This document shows positions 25,166 to 38,105 of a stretch of 64,000 nt of DNA, one piece after another; the first letter of the stretch is position 1, and every line of letters starts with the position of its first letter. The notes beneath the pieces are model-generated. The model had not been told where the DNA came from. It searched no databases and worked only from the letters and a program-made list of their open reading frames with translations. The DNA is from Octopus sinensis. Its lineage: Eukaryota. Location: positions 89,962,001 through 90,026,000 of the forward strand of contig NC_043002.1 in the NCBI RefSeq assembly GCF_006345805.1, given 5' to 3'. A program made the translations under genes and the position numbers.

Positions 25166-26829
25166 CAAATATATATTTATGTGTGTGTGTTTGTATTTGC
25201 CCCTTGCCATTGCTTGACAATGAATGTTGGTGTGTTTACGTCCCTGTAACTTAGCAATTTGGCAAAAGAAACTGATAAAATAAGTACTAGGCTTACAAAG
25301 AGTAGATCCTGGGGGCGATTTCTTTGACTAATAAAACCCTTTAAGGTGGTGCTCCAGCATGGCCACAGTCAAATGACTGAAACAAGTAAAAGAATAAAAG
25401 AATATATATATATTTATATATATATATATGTATGTGTCTCTGCATCTGCGTTTGTCTCCCCACCCAACCAGTGATTGATAACTGGTGTTGGTTTGTTTAT
25501 GTCCCAGTTACTTAGCAGTTCAGCAAAAGAGACTGATAGAATAAGTACCAGGCTTAAAAAAACCCAACAATGTTGCCTTCTCCGAAGTATTCTCGCGCAC
25601 ACTGCTAGCACTGCCATTGCCTCCATATTGGTTCCTTTTGGAGCAACCTATCAATCAACCAACCCTCCGTATTGGAAGAAGATTTAATTTAGCCAAGTGT
25701 TGCATGTTCAGCTACCAGACACACTTACAGACTACTAAATTGGTGACCATATGGCTAAACTATCTATCCTTTCTGCTTCTCTATCCACTCTCTCTCTCTC
25801 TCTCTCTCTCCATATTCACTTTGTTCCTTAATCTCACATAGCTCTGTCTCTCTTTCCAGATAGGGAAGCCACGTATTCACCTTTTCAGTAAGACACCTGC
25901 TCCTATCCTATCATACTTTCATATTCCTCAATACTATACTCTGCTCAGTTGAGAGATCTTATCTTGTAAGTATTTGGGGACCTGAACACTGCAGGTGCTG
26001 CAATAAAAGCATCTATCGAACTTTGTGAAGTGGTCTGTGTCAGTAGGGAGCTATCCAGCTGCAGAAATCATGCCAAAGCAGACATTGGAGCTTAATACAA
26101 TCTACTGGCTTGTCAGTTCATGTTGAATTGTCCTACCCATATTAGCATGGAAGAAAGACGTTAAATGATGATGGCCTCATGGTAAGAATCTTGCCACTGC
26201 ATGGCAACTCGGGTAGGTGTCTTCTATCGCTTGGTGCTGATCAAGGCCTTGTGAGTGGATTTGGTTGATGGAAACTGAAAGAAGCCTGTCGTATATATGT
26301 GAGTGTGTGAGTGTGTTTGTGTCTGTGTTTGTCTCCCATCATCACTTGACAACCGGTGTTGGTTTGTTTATGTCCCCGCAACTTAGTGGTTTGGTAAAAA
26401 GAGACTGACAGAATAAGTACAAGGCGTAAAAGAAATAACTACTGGGGTTGAATTAGTGAACTAAAATTTCTTCAAGGCAGTGCCCCAGCATGGCCAACTG
26501 TCTAAAGACTGAAGCAACTAAAAATAGAATATATAATAATATATGTATTTTTATGAGTGTGTGTATATGTGTGTGTGTGTGTGTTTGTGTGTGTGAAAAG
26601 ATTGAAAAGGTTGAATTATATTTCGTCCTTTAACAAATTTGTCGAGTTTTATGGGATTCCTTTTCATAAATTCACATAACACACCATATATGTCCGATGA
26701 ACAGCTATGGGAAACTCAGAGTAACAGGTTTTGTTGAATTTTCTGCTGCTTTAAATAAAGCATATTACTCTACCACTGGTATTTGAGTACTCTTTTTTCC
26801 ACCTTGTTTCACATTTATGTGTTTACTCC

Positions 26830-26868
<39 letters not shown>

Positions 26869-28662
26869 ACACACACACACACACACACATACATATGTAT
26901 ATATTATATTATATTATAATATGTGTGGGCATAGGAAACAATCAATATTGCTCTTAGTCCATTTATACTTCTTCGCTTGATAAATAATATTGTTAAAAAT
27001 CTGTTGCTTCAAGATGGTAATATTGAATTTTATGTTTTCACAACATTTTTTTTCTTTCAATTCCAAACAAAAGTGAAGCTTACCAAAATGTTGAATCCTA
27101 ATAAACAGAACTGGAACCATACAAAGTATTAATATTCAATGGATTTTCACTTCAAAGACTCTCAATTTTTTTCTACTCCACCCACCCACCCACCCACTTT
27201 TTTTTCTGAATTACTAAAATGCCATTATCTAATTAGTTTATTGGCAAAAATTGTGTATGTATCTATAGGCTATTGTGTATATATTTCCCCTTTTTGTACC
27301 ACTTAAAACTTCCACCCGTATATCCATGTGTGTATGCATATATATATATATACATATATGTATGTGTATATGTGTGTGTGTGTGTGTATATGTGTGCATG
27401 TGTATATCAGTATGTATTTATGCATAGGAATGTGGTCTTGTGAAGCTGTCAGTTTGGATATTCATTTTCATTCATCATTATTCATTATTGTTATTATTAT
27501 TACAGTCAACAAGCAGAGCAACAGCACCAATACAATTAAAGCCATCATTGCTTTAATGTCTGCTCTTACATGTTGGCATGGATTAAATGGTTATTTTTCT
27601 TGTAGCTTATTCTCTCTCCTCTTTTAGCTACCATATTAACTGCAGCTCTTCTCTAAGACCTTCTCCACTACTTACTCCCCCTCTCTCTCTCTCTTTCTCT
27701 CATTCTTTTAAAATATCCACATTACTTATAATTTCTTTGTTCTAGGCTTCCTCTTTTAAACTGTAGTCCATCAGTGCCTGCCAGAAGCTGCACCAATGGC
27801 TATTACCAATAACCGTTCTTACTCTAAGTGTTGTTGTTAAAGTAGGAGAATAAAATATAGAATGCCAGTGGTTTACAACTAGTTATTATCTGATGAATTT
27901 ATTGTGACGGCAATTTCTGTTGCCTCCAGTTACTTCGGACTTCAAACAGTGAAGTATTTTGATCTGATATATTTGCCAGACTTCGTTTTACAGGTTTACA
28001 TTATATATTCAGGTTTTATGCTATAAACTCAGATTTACACACACACACACACAATGTCAGGTTTGTATTATCGAGCATTGTTGATATTTACTTCATATTA
28101 TTAATGTTATCTTCCTATGGACCAATGTCATGCTACATAAAGCTCTTGATAATACTTAATTCTTCAAAGAAACCTCAAAGTAAAATCTGTTGCTCTTCTT
28201 CACATTAGTCTAGGTGCAGGCGTGGCTGTGTGGTAAGAAGCTTGCTTCCCAACCATATGGTTCTGGGTTCAGCCCCCATTGCATGGCACCTTGAGCAAGT
28301 CTCTTCCATTAAAGCCTTATGAGTGGATTTGATAGATGGAAACTGAAAGTATCTCATCCTGAATGTTTATATATATATATGTGTGTGTGTGTGTGTATAT
28401 ATTTGTGTGCATGTTTCTGTGTTTGTCCCCATCACTGTTGCTTGACAACCGATGTTGGTGTGTTTATGTTCCCGTAACATAGCAGTTTGGCCAAAGAGTC
28501 TTATACTGACTGATCAGCTTCGGCAATTTCAAACAGTATTTTCAGATGATTACAATCCCTGTCAGTACGTAGCTATAGTTATGTGCATTGACTACAGCAT
28601 TAGGACATTTTAGGTCTTATTTCTAGCAATGTAGGTGTTTCTAACGCCCATATATGTATGTA

Positions 28663-28717
<55 letters not shown>

Positions 28718-28726
28718 TATATATAT

Positions 28727-28772
<46 letters not shown>

Positions 28773-28904
28773 ATATATATATTATATATGTATATATGTA
28801 TATATATGTATGTATAATAAATATAGGGAATAAATCCAAAATTACAAGGAAAAATCAGATTTAAGATTGAATCCAATTTTATAATAAAATATTATATTAT
28901 AATA

Positions 28905-29032
28905 AATTAGAGACAAAACCACTATTATGCAAATCAAACAAAGAAAGACTTAAGCCAATACATAAAATTATTTTATGTATGGCTTAAGTCTTTCTTTGTT
29001 TGATTTGCATAATAGTGGTTTTGTCTCTAATT
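28905..29032. repeat. near-perfect palindrome, ~63-bp arms
   Basis: AATTAGAGACAAAACC...CATAAAAT-T-ATTTTATG...GGTTTTGTCTCTAATT. Confidence 0.9.
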
Positions 29033-29035
29033 ATT

Positions 29036-29082
<47 letters not shown>

Positions 29083-29331
29083 TAGGTATCAGTTAGAGGG
29101 GTTTAATACCCCTAAGGGATAATTAAATCCAGAGTTGCTCCTTGTTATTACCTGGGTAGGTACAGTCTTTTGTAAGATTGTATGGTAGCAGGTAGTTTGG
29201 TTGGTAAACTGAAGTTTAGATTATATAGGGGAAGAAAATGGATATAATAACAATGCGAAACTTGTGGTTTTCACTGGTATGTCTTTAATTAATTAGATAA
29301 CAAAGGAAGAAGCAGAGATGAAGGTAGAAGT

Positions 29332-29372
29332 TACGATCGTTTCAATTTACTGGTTTAAGTGAATCTCTTCAG
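29332..29372 (-). ncRNA. minimal hammerhead core in the loop of a long inverted repeat
   Basis: Minus strand CTGAAGA-GATTCACT(taaacc)AGTAAATT-GAAA-CGATCG-TA with palindromic helix III ACGATCGT. The proximal helix I is disrupted. Confidence 0.6.
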
Positions 29373-29607
29373 AATGCGTAAATGCTACCTTCATATCTGC
29401 TTCTTCCTTCTTTGTTATCTAATTAATTAAGGATATACCAGGGAAACCATGATCCTATGACAGCGAGTCCGTTGCTTTAACCACTGGGCCATTGCACTTC
29501 CACAAATGTGTATACATATATGGTGTGTATATATATATATATATATATGTTATTATATCTATTTTCTTCTCCTATATATATATCTTATACATATATAATA
29601 TATATAT

Positions 29608-29658
<51 letters not shown>

Positions 29659-29669
29659 TATATATATAT

Positions 29670-29699
<30 letters not shown>

Positions 29700-29704
<5 letters not shown>

Positions 29705-30014
29705 CACCATGACCACCGTGACTGAACAGGCTATCAGATGTTGCTACACATCGCTGGTCACAATGAGCTTTGTGTTGTTTTAGCCTTCAAATGATGCCAC
29801 CCTGATGGCTAAGCAAGCAGGCCAACAGAAGAAAAAGTGGGAGAAAGTTGTGGCGAAAGAGTACAGCAGCGATCACCACCACCCCCTGCTGGAGCCTCGT
29901 GGAGATTTAGGTGTTTTCGCTCAATAAACACTTACAACGCTTGGTCTGGGAAGCGAAACCGCGATCCTACGACTGCGAGTCCGCTGCCTTAGCCACTGGG
30001 CCATTGCGCTTCCA
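29700..30014 (-). mobile_element. tRNA-Arg-derived SINE variant
   Basis: Same head as 9936-10321 with a different 3' half; another variant lies at about 32817-33120. Confidence 0.75.
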
Positions 30015-30022
30015 CAAATGTG

Positions 30023-30053
<31 letters not shown>

Positions 30054-30538
30054 ATATGTGTATATATGTAAATATGTATACCCATGCCAACCCCCTTTGC
30101 TTGTGAAGACATGTTGGGGCAAGTGAAATCGAAATCGAAATCGAATTGAACCAGCCAGGACCCCTGGACTGGTGGTACGTAAAAAGCACTATCCGACTCG
30201 TGGCCGATGCTAGTGTCGCCTCGACTGGCTTCCGTGCCGGTGGCACGTAAAATGCACCAATCCGACCGTGGCCATTGCCAGCCTCGCCTGGCACCTGTGC
30301 AGGTGGCACGTAAAAAGCACCCACTACACTCACGGAGTGGTTGGCGTTAGGAAGGGCATCCAGCTGTAGAAACATTGCCAGATAAGACTGGAGCCTGGGG
30401 CAGCCTTCTGGCTTCCCAGATCCCCGGTTGAACCGTCCAACCCATGCTAGCATGGAGAGCGGATGTTAAACGATGATGATGATGATGATATATATGTATG
30501 TATATATATGTATATATATGTGTGTATATATATATATG

Positions 30539-30570
<32 letters not shown>

Positions 30571-30581
30571 TGTGTGTATAC

Positions 30582-30617
<36 letters not shown>

Positions 30618-31161
30618 ATAAACATGATGGACTCTCCCATTGATGATGACATATGAGTGTTCAGCTTTTGCTGAACAAGCTGCACAAATTATTTGTTTAT
30701 AATGATCAAAAGTTTGTGCCGTGCATTAGCTCACTCCGTCCATCAAATTCACAATACCTGTGCAGGTGGACAAGTGCGCTACTCATCAGATATTGAAATA
30801 AGCGCATAACAGCATGGAATGAAGTGCTTCGCTCAAAAACACAACACACCTCTCAGTCCAGGAATCAAACTCATGATCCAGCAATTGCAAGTGCTACAGC
30901 CAAATCACTAGTGTATATATATATATATATAACCTTTATATTTTACTTGTTTCAGTCATTTGACTGTGGCCAAGCTGGGGCACTGCCTTGAATTTTTAGT
31001 CAAGTGAAATAACTCCCAGTACTTATATATTTTTTTAAAACCTGATACTTATTGTATCAGTCTCTTTTGCTGAACTGCAAAGTTACAGAGATGCAAACAC
31101 ACCAACACCGGTTGTCAAGCAGTGGTAGGGGATAAACACAGTCATAGATATACACACACAC

Positions 31162-31227
<66 letters not shown>

Positions 31228-33464
31228 GATGGGCTTCTTTCAGTTTCTGTCTGCCATATCCACTCACAAGGCTTTGGTCAGCTTGAGGCTATAGCAGAAG
31301 ACACCTGTCCAAGGTGCCTCACAGTGGGACTGAACTTGGAACCTTGTGGTTAGGAAGCAAACTTCTTACCACACAGCTACACCTGCACCTGTATACACAC
31401 ACACACACACTCACATACACACACACACATATACATACATAATACACACACACACACACACACATATACATACATAATACACACACACACACTTAAAATG
31501 GGCTTCATTTAGTTTTCATCTCCCAATTCTGCTCACAAGGCTATTGTCAACCCAGGGCTACTAATGAAGACACTGAAGATTTGAGTACACAATATAATTG
31601 CTTCTCAGATGTGCTTTGTACCTTTTTGCTTAGAACAGTGCTTCTGATTTCTTTTAATTACTAAAAATTAAATTGCTGGAAATTTGTTGTCTACGAGGTC
31701 GTTGCCAGTGTTGCTGGACTGGATCCTGTGCAAGTGGCACATAAAAAACACCATATGAGTGTGGCCATCGCAAGTACTGCATGACTGGCCCTTGTGCCGG
31801 TGGCATGTAATAGCACCCACTACACTCTCGGAGTGGTTGGTGTTAGGAAGGGCATCCAGTTGTAGAAACTCTGTCAGATCAAGATTGGAGCCTGGTGAGG
31901 CCATCTGGCTCGCCAGTCCTCAGTCAAACCGTCCAATCCATGCCAGCATGGAAAGCAGATATTAAACGATGATGATGATGATGATCACTTACCAAAGGAA
32001 CCATGTAGTTTGGAAGCCAACTTCTTACCACATAGTCATGCCTGTGCCTTTAGTCAATATTATTCTAACTGTGGTATTTTAAATTAACCCAACCAAGTTC
32101 TTCTGATATTAATATTATCTTCCAGTGAAATTCTTTTATCTTTGTTGAAATTACCAATTAGCCCATCTTTTGCTTTTTTATATGCTATTTATCACCCTTA
32201 CCAAATCCATATCTTTGATATCCTCATTCAACTAGATTCCAGTCCTATTTGTTATCCAATCTAATTAGTCACTAATACTAATCATCTGAGAGAATCTCGC
32301 AGTTAATAATATTACTATTCTACAGTGGAATCCTTTAATCAATGTTATCATCACTTCAAATTGATGGCTCATTTTTGCTTTATCAGATTAATTTGATAAT
32401 CCATATTTGTTTAACAATTCTTTTATTATTATAATTAATTCAGTGCTGTTGTTTTAGCATTTTTGTTGCAATCACTGTTTAACCAATCAGATTCCTGGAT
32501 TTCTGGTGTGATTGGCCAACCACATTCTTCTGATCTTCAATAATTCCATACATTGCTATTACCACCTTCAATAAACTGGCTTTGCAAATATTTTCTGTGA
32601 AGAACTTCAAATGTTGGAAGATATTCATTGGAGCCTAGCAATGCTGGGTAGGGCAGTGAAGGGTGGAACTGTTAGTGGTAGAAGTTAAATTTTCTCTGTA
32701 AATAATTAAAGTTACATATATTTCTGTTTTATTGAATTAGAGTGTTCTTTCCATATTTACATGATTCCATGTTGTTACAGTACATTGTTGTTATGATAAA
32801 AAAAAAACAATAAACATTGCCCTCTTCAAGCCTAGCCAGGCTCATGGGCCCAGTTTCCCAGTTTCTGTGGCGTATGTGTTCCCCCCAGCTGGACGGGGAG
32901 CCAGTCCATCACAGCGTTACTCAAGAAACAGGAAGAGAGAGTGAGAGAAAGTTGTGGAGAAAGAGTACAACGGAAGCCGCCACCACCCCCTGCTGGAGCC
33001 TCGTGAAGCTTTTAGGTGTTTTCGCTCAATAAACACACACAATGCCCGGTCTGGAAATCGAAACCGTGATCCTCCGACCGCGAGTCCGCTGCCCTAACCA
33101 CTGGGCCATTGCGCCTCTACACATTGTTGCTACACTTATCATTAATAAGTAAACTGTATTTTGTATATTTAATCAACAGAAGTTTCAGAGTGAATCAAAG
33201 GCTGAGTGTTTTGTGCATTGGCACTCGCCACTTTGCAAGGTTCCAGTGTATGAAACTTTGTCCTCAAGTCACTCTCTAACCTCTGCTGAAGGTGCCATGC
33301 AGTGGGACTGAACACAGAATCATGTTGTTGGGAAGCAAGCTTTTTACTACACAGCCACACTTGCACCTATATCTCCTCCTCCACAAGGGGATGTGGTCTC
33401 CATTTTTCCATACATAATCACATAATGAGCTATATTCAGTTTGATTCCAAGCAGTGATCTGAAA

Positions 33465-33509
<45 letters not shown>

Positions 33510-34429
33510 TAATAATAATAATAATGATAATAATATCGAAAAATACCTTAGGAATGAGAACCTAGTTTCGAAATTTCCCCAAGATGAAGGCTGGAAGGTA
33601 TATCAGCTGAAACATTGTGTTAAAAACAAACAAGATGAGGACAAATATCTGTCAAATATAAATAATGGATTATTATTATTGTTATTGTTGTTGTTATTAT
33701 TATTATTTTATTATTATTATTATTATTATTATTATCATTATCAAAACTGAAGTGGTGAGTTGGTTTTGTGACTCAAATTTCAGTTTTAATTAACAAAATC
33801 ATATCCTCTACAAAATGTATTAAGCACTCCTTTCACTGTAATTTGACATTAAGCAACATACATATGCATATATTATGTATATATATATATGTAATTATAT
33901 AGGCACAGGCATGACTGCGTGGTAAGGAGCTTGCTTCCCAACCACATGGTTCCAGGTTCAGTCTCACTGCATGGCACCTTGGGCAAGTGTCTTCTACTAG
34001 AGTCTCGTGCCAACCAAAGCCTTATAGGTGGATTTGGTAGACGGAAACTGTGTGCGTGTAGCATCGACTCGTATTATCGTAATAATGAAGTCAGGCCTAA
34101 TAATGATATTTTGAAATCATTTAATATGTGCATTTCGGAAGATGCATCCATTACGTAAACCTTCCTCAGAGCATTTCAAAAATAGTTTTAAAATGCTTTA
34201 ACCAATGGATGAATTTCCTGTTATATATTATGCAAGCCTGAAATGCATGTTAAATGATTTCAAAACATCACTGTTTGGTTTTGACTCATTATTACAACTA
34301 ATATGTCTCGATACCAGTACAAACTCGACAGTCTTGACTCCACTTGTGTGTATATTCTAATGACAATTTGGAGTACTTTAGTTGTATTTGACTCGAGTTG
34401 AAAATTCTGGTATATATACATATATGAAA

Positions 34430-34460
<31 letters not shown>

Positions 34461-34718
34461 TGTGTTTGTGCATGTGCATAATAGAATAAAAGTATCTTTG
34501 GCAGTCAATCAACCTTGAGCACTAACTATATGTATCAGGTCATCCCATAAGTTCTGTCTGATTTTACCTTTTTAAAAATTGAATGAAATTTAACAGTATT
34601 TTAGAATGTCTAATGGAAGTAAAAATTATTTTTATGCATTTATGTACATTTAAACTAATTAGATATTATTTTACAGATTAATAGAATTAAAATTTCTTTG
34701 ATTAAAACCCTTTCTAAC

Positions 34719-35742
34719 ATGGAAATATCCAAAGAGCATTTAAGGGCCATAATGCTTTATGAGTACAAAAAAGGAAACTCTACAGCCAAAGCGACTCGAA
34801 ACACACTTAATTTATGGGAAAGGATGCTTGAATGAAAGAACTTGCAGAAGATGGTTTCCAAAATTCAGAAGTGGAGATTTCAACTTGAAGATGAAGATTG
34901 AACAGAACGTCCAGTTGAGTTTGATGATAAGCTCCTTGAGGCACTACTTGAAAGAAATCCTGCATTATCAGTTGAAGAATTGGCAAAATAGCTTAGTTCA
35001 AACCAAACCACTGTTCATCATCATCTTCAACAACTTGGAAAGATTCCTAAACTTGGAAAATAGGTGCTTCATGAATTGTCCGAAAGCAACTGCAGATCCC
35101 AAGTTGATATCTGCTCTTCTTTCCATTCTCGCAAACTCATTTCACCCTTTTTGGATAGACTTGTGGCTGGTGATGAAAAATGGATCTTCTATCAAAATGT
35201 TAAACATCGTAAACAATGGCTTCGTAAAAGGGAAAAAGCTCAACCACAACCAAGAAGGGAACTTCATGGTAAAAAGGGTCTTCTCTCTATCTGGTGGGAT
35301 TGTAAAGGAGTAATTCACTTTGGATTGTTACCATCTAATGCAACAATCAATGCTCAAGACTACTGTCAGCAATTAGAGCATTTGAACCAAGTTTTGAAGA
35401 AAAAAGCCCACTTTAGTGCATCAAAAAGGAGTGATGTTTCATCAGGACAATGCATGACCCCACACTTCAAAGATCATGTCACAGACGATCGAAGAGCTTG
35501 GTTGGGAAAAAATTCCTCTTCCACCTTATTCTCCCAACCTTGCTCCTTCAGACTACCATTTGTTTCATAGTTTACAGAATGATTTGCGGGGCATAACTTT
35601 TGCAAGCCAGGAGGAGGTCAAAACTGACATTTCAGAGTTCTTCACTTTGAAACCAATAAAGTTTTACATTGATGGAATTAAAAAGCTTGTAAATAGATGG
35701 AAGGAAGTCATAGATAATCAGGGAAAGTACATTGATGATTAA
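34719..35742 (+). pseudogene. mariner transposase pseudogene
   Basis: ATG at 34719; GDEKW, HQDNA and YSPNLAPSDYHLF motifs are split across frames (ORFs 35064-35570 and 35476-35742). Confidence 0.92.
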
Positions 35743-35772
35743 ATTTCAATTAAATATAACATTTGATCACTT

Positions 35773-36246
35773 ATACAAATATTAAAATTACTAAGTCTCT
35801 CTAAAGGAGATTACGGCAGTGTTACTGGATATTAATAGTTATCGCCATACTAATATGGTAGTCTATAAATATAAGACTAAAGCTGTCGCTGATTAGCTCC
35901 AAGAGGCCATCGCCTCTAGCTAGCTATATGACACACGAACCTGCGTCCATTACAACCTTCGAACAAGGGAGGTCAGCTGCTTCACCTTGCTAGTCAGACA
36001 TCTGCAGACATGTTTCAGGGTTGTTGCCCTTTATCAATGCAGCGTAGTCAGAACCAGCAGGTGTCGCTACTGACCGTCTGTTCGAAGATTTTATTTACCC
36101 AGTTACAGTGGAATACATCCACTTGTTTTCAATAATAGAAATATTAAAATTACTAAGTCTCTCTAAAGGAGATTACGGCAGCGTTACTGGATATTAATAG
36201 TTATCGCCTTACTAATATGGCAGTCTATAAATATAAGACTAAAGCT
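35773..36246 (-). mobile_element. hammerhead-containing non-coding retroelement (retrozyme-like or non-autonomous Penelope-like)
   Basis: 12-bp target duplication ATTTGATCACTT (35761-35772 and 36247-36258), 112-bp terminal direct repeats 362 bp apart, internal hammerhead, no ORF. Confidence 0.85.
36002..36042 (-). ncRNA. minimal type-I hammerhead ribozyme, U3-A8 variant
   Basis: Minus strand CTGCA-TTGATAA-AGGG(caacaa)CCCT-GAAA-CATG-TC^TGCAG. Helix I is 5 bp, helix II 4 bp, helix III is palindromic ACATGT, and predicted GUC cleavage falls between 36007 and 36006. Confidence 0.85.
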
Positions 36247-36851
36247 ATTTGATCACTTGTTTTCTTTATTCAAAATTCGGACAGAACTTATGGGATAACC
36301 TGATACCTGTTACTTTACATTATCAAATGTAATATTAGTCAAACTCTCTCTCTCTCTCTCTCTCTCTGTATGTATATATAAAAGGGTAAAGGGTAAAAAA
36401 CCCCTTTGGTTATGAATGACCATGGGATTACTCCTAGAAAGTTAACTTCTGAGGCACAAGTCTGGGCAAGGTTGTTTATGGAAGACCAGAGACACCCATG
36501 TGTACTAGTCTTCCCTGCCCATGTCACCAATGTTGTCCAAGAGAAAGGCAAAGGCCAATGCAGCTTGGCACCAGTGATACTGCATGCATTTCTACAGCTG
36601 AGTGAACTGGAGCAACATGAAATAAAGTGTCTTGCTCAAGAACACAATACAGCCCTGTCCTGGAATTGAACACACTACCGAATTCACTTCCAAACTCACT
36701 CACAAGGCATTGGTCAGTCCAAGGTGCCTTACATACTAGTTAGATAGTTGCAAAGCAATTATTCTTAACCACACAGCCAATCATACAATCATATATCAAT
36801 GTCCAGCCCATACCAGCATGGACAATGGATATTAAATGATGATGATGATGA

Positions 36852-36917
<66 letters not shown>

Positions 36918-37344
36918 CATCATCATCATCATGATCATCATCATGATCATCATCATCATGATCATCATCATCATTCATCATTGTTTAACGTTCACCTTCC
37001 CTGTTGGCATGAATTGGACTGTTTGAGAGGAGCTGGCCAGGCAGGAGCCTGCGCTAAACTTCTGTGTCTGTTTTGGCATGGTTTTTACAACTGGACGTCG
37101 TTCCTAACACCAACCACCCTGCAGAGTGGACAGAGTGCTTCATACATGGCACAAGCATTGGCGAGGTCAGTTTTGGCATGGCTTTTTACAGCTGGATGCC
37201 CTTCCAAACACCAACCACTTTACACGGGGTGGACTGGATGCATTTTGCACGACCCCCAACACTAGCAGGCTCACCGAGTGACTTGCAAGACAAAGATCCT
37301 TTGAGAGGAGAGGGAGCGTTGGAGGAAGAAAGCAAAGATTCTTT

Positions 37345-37379
<35 letters not shown>

Positions 37380-37780
37380 CAAAGTAAGATAGGGGTTATG
37401 GGTGTAACCCACTATGGGATAGTATTTATCCAATATACTGTTGGTAAAGTACCCAGATTCTTAATACGTAAATGTTTTTAATTGCAATGCAATTAATTCA
37501 TTTATTGTATCAAATGGGGAAAGGTAAAGAAATATTTTTACCATAAATTTATAATACAAATAAGAAAATGGAGAAACAAATTTAGTTTGTTCATCAACTT
37601 TCGGATATTAGAATGTTGGATTATTTATTTATTCAACAAAATGAGAATCTCAATATCATACATATATAACTTATAATTCAATACGTATAAGCTATATTTA
37701 TATATATATTTATATATATTAAATAATACGTGTATCATGTTTAATGTATTAATATCAATAGTTTAAAAGTTCCTTATAAC

Positions 37781-37909
37781 CTCTGACGAGGCCTATGGTT
37801 ATATATATAATTACCATATTTTTAATGCCTACAACCTCATTATGTTGACAACTATAGGCAATAAAAATAAAAATAACTACTTTTAGCCATAGGCTGAAAC
37901 AGCTGTAAG
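37781..37909 (+). ncRNA. hammerhead ribozyme-like motif with long helix II
   Basis: CTGACGA at 37783-37789, GGCCTATGGTTA pairing with TAGCCATAGGCT, and GAAACAGCTGTA at 37896-37907. Confidence 0.7.
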
Positions 37910-38105
37910 AAGTGATTTTAATGATTTCAATAATTTATATTATGATTTTTATAATTTGTATTCTTATCTTATATGTATTGAATTATAAGATATATATATA
38001 TGCTATTGAGGTTCTCATTTTGTTAAATGAATAAATAATCCAACATTCTAATATCCGAAAGTTGATGAAGAAACTTAATTTGTTTCTCCATTTTCTTATT
38101 TGTAT

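Larger units (their letters stand above)
34535..36303 (+). mobile_element. full-length mariner (DD34D) element, inactivated, carrying a nested insertion
   Basis: TA|TCAGGTCATCCCATAAGTTCTGTC...GACAGAACTTATGGGATAACCTGA|TA terminal inverted repeats. Length is 1283 bp after removing the nested insert and one target-site copy. Confidence 0.92.

Noticed and set aside
34759-35742. Functional mariner transposase
   Set aside because: It is split over several frames with internal stops.
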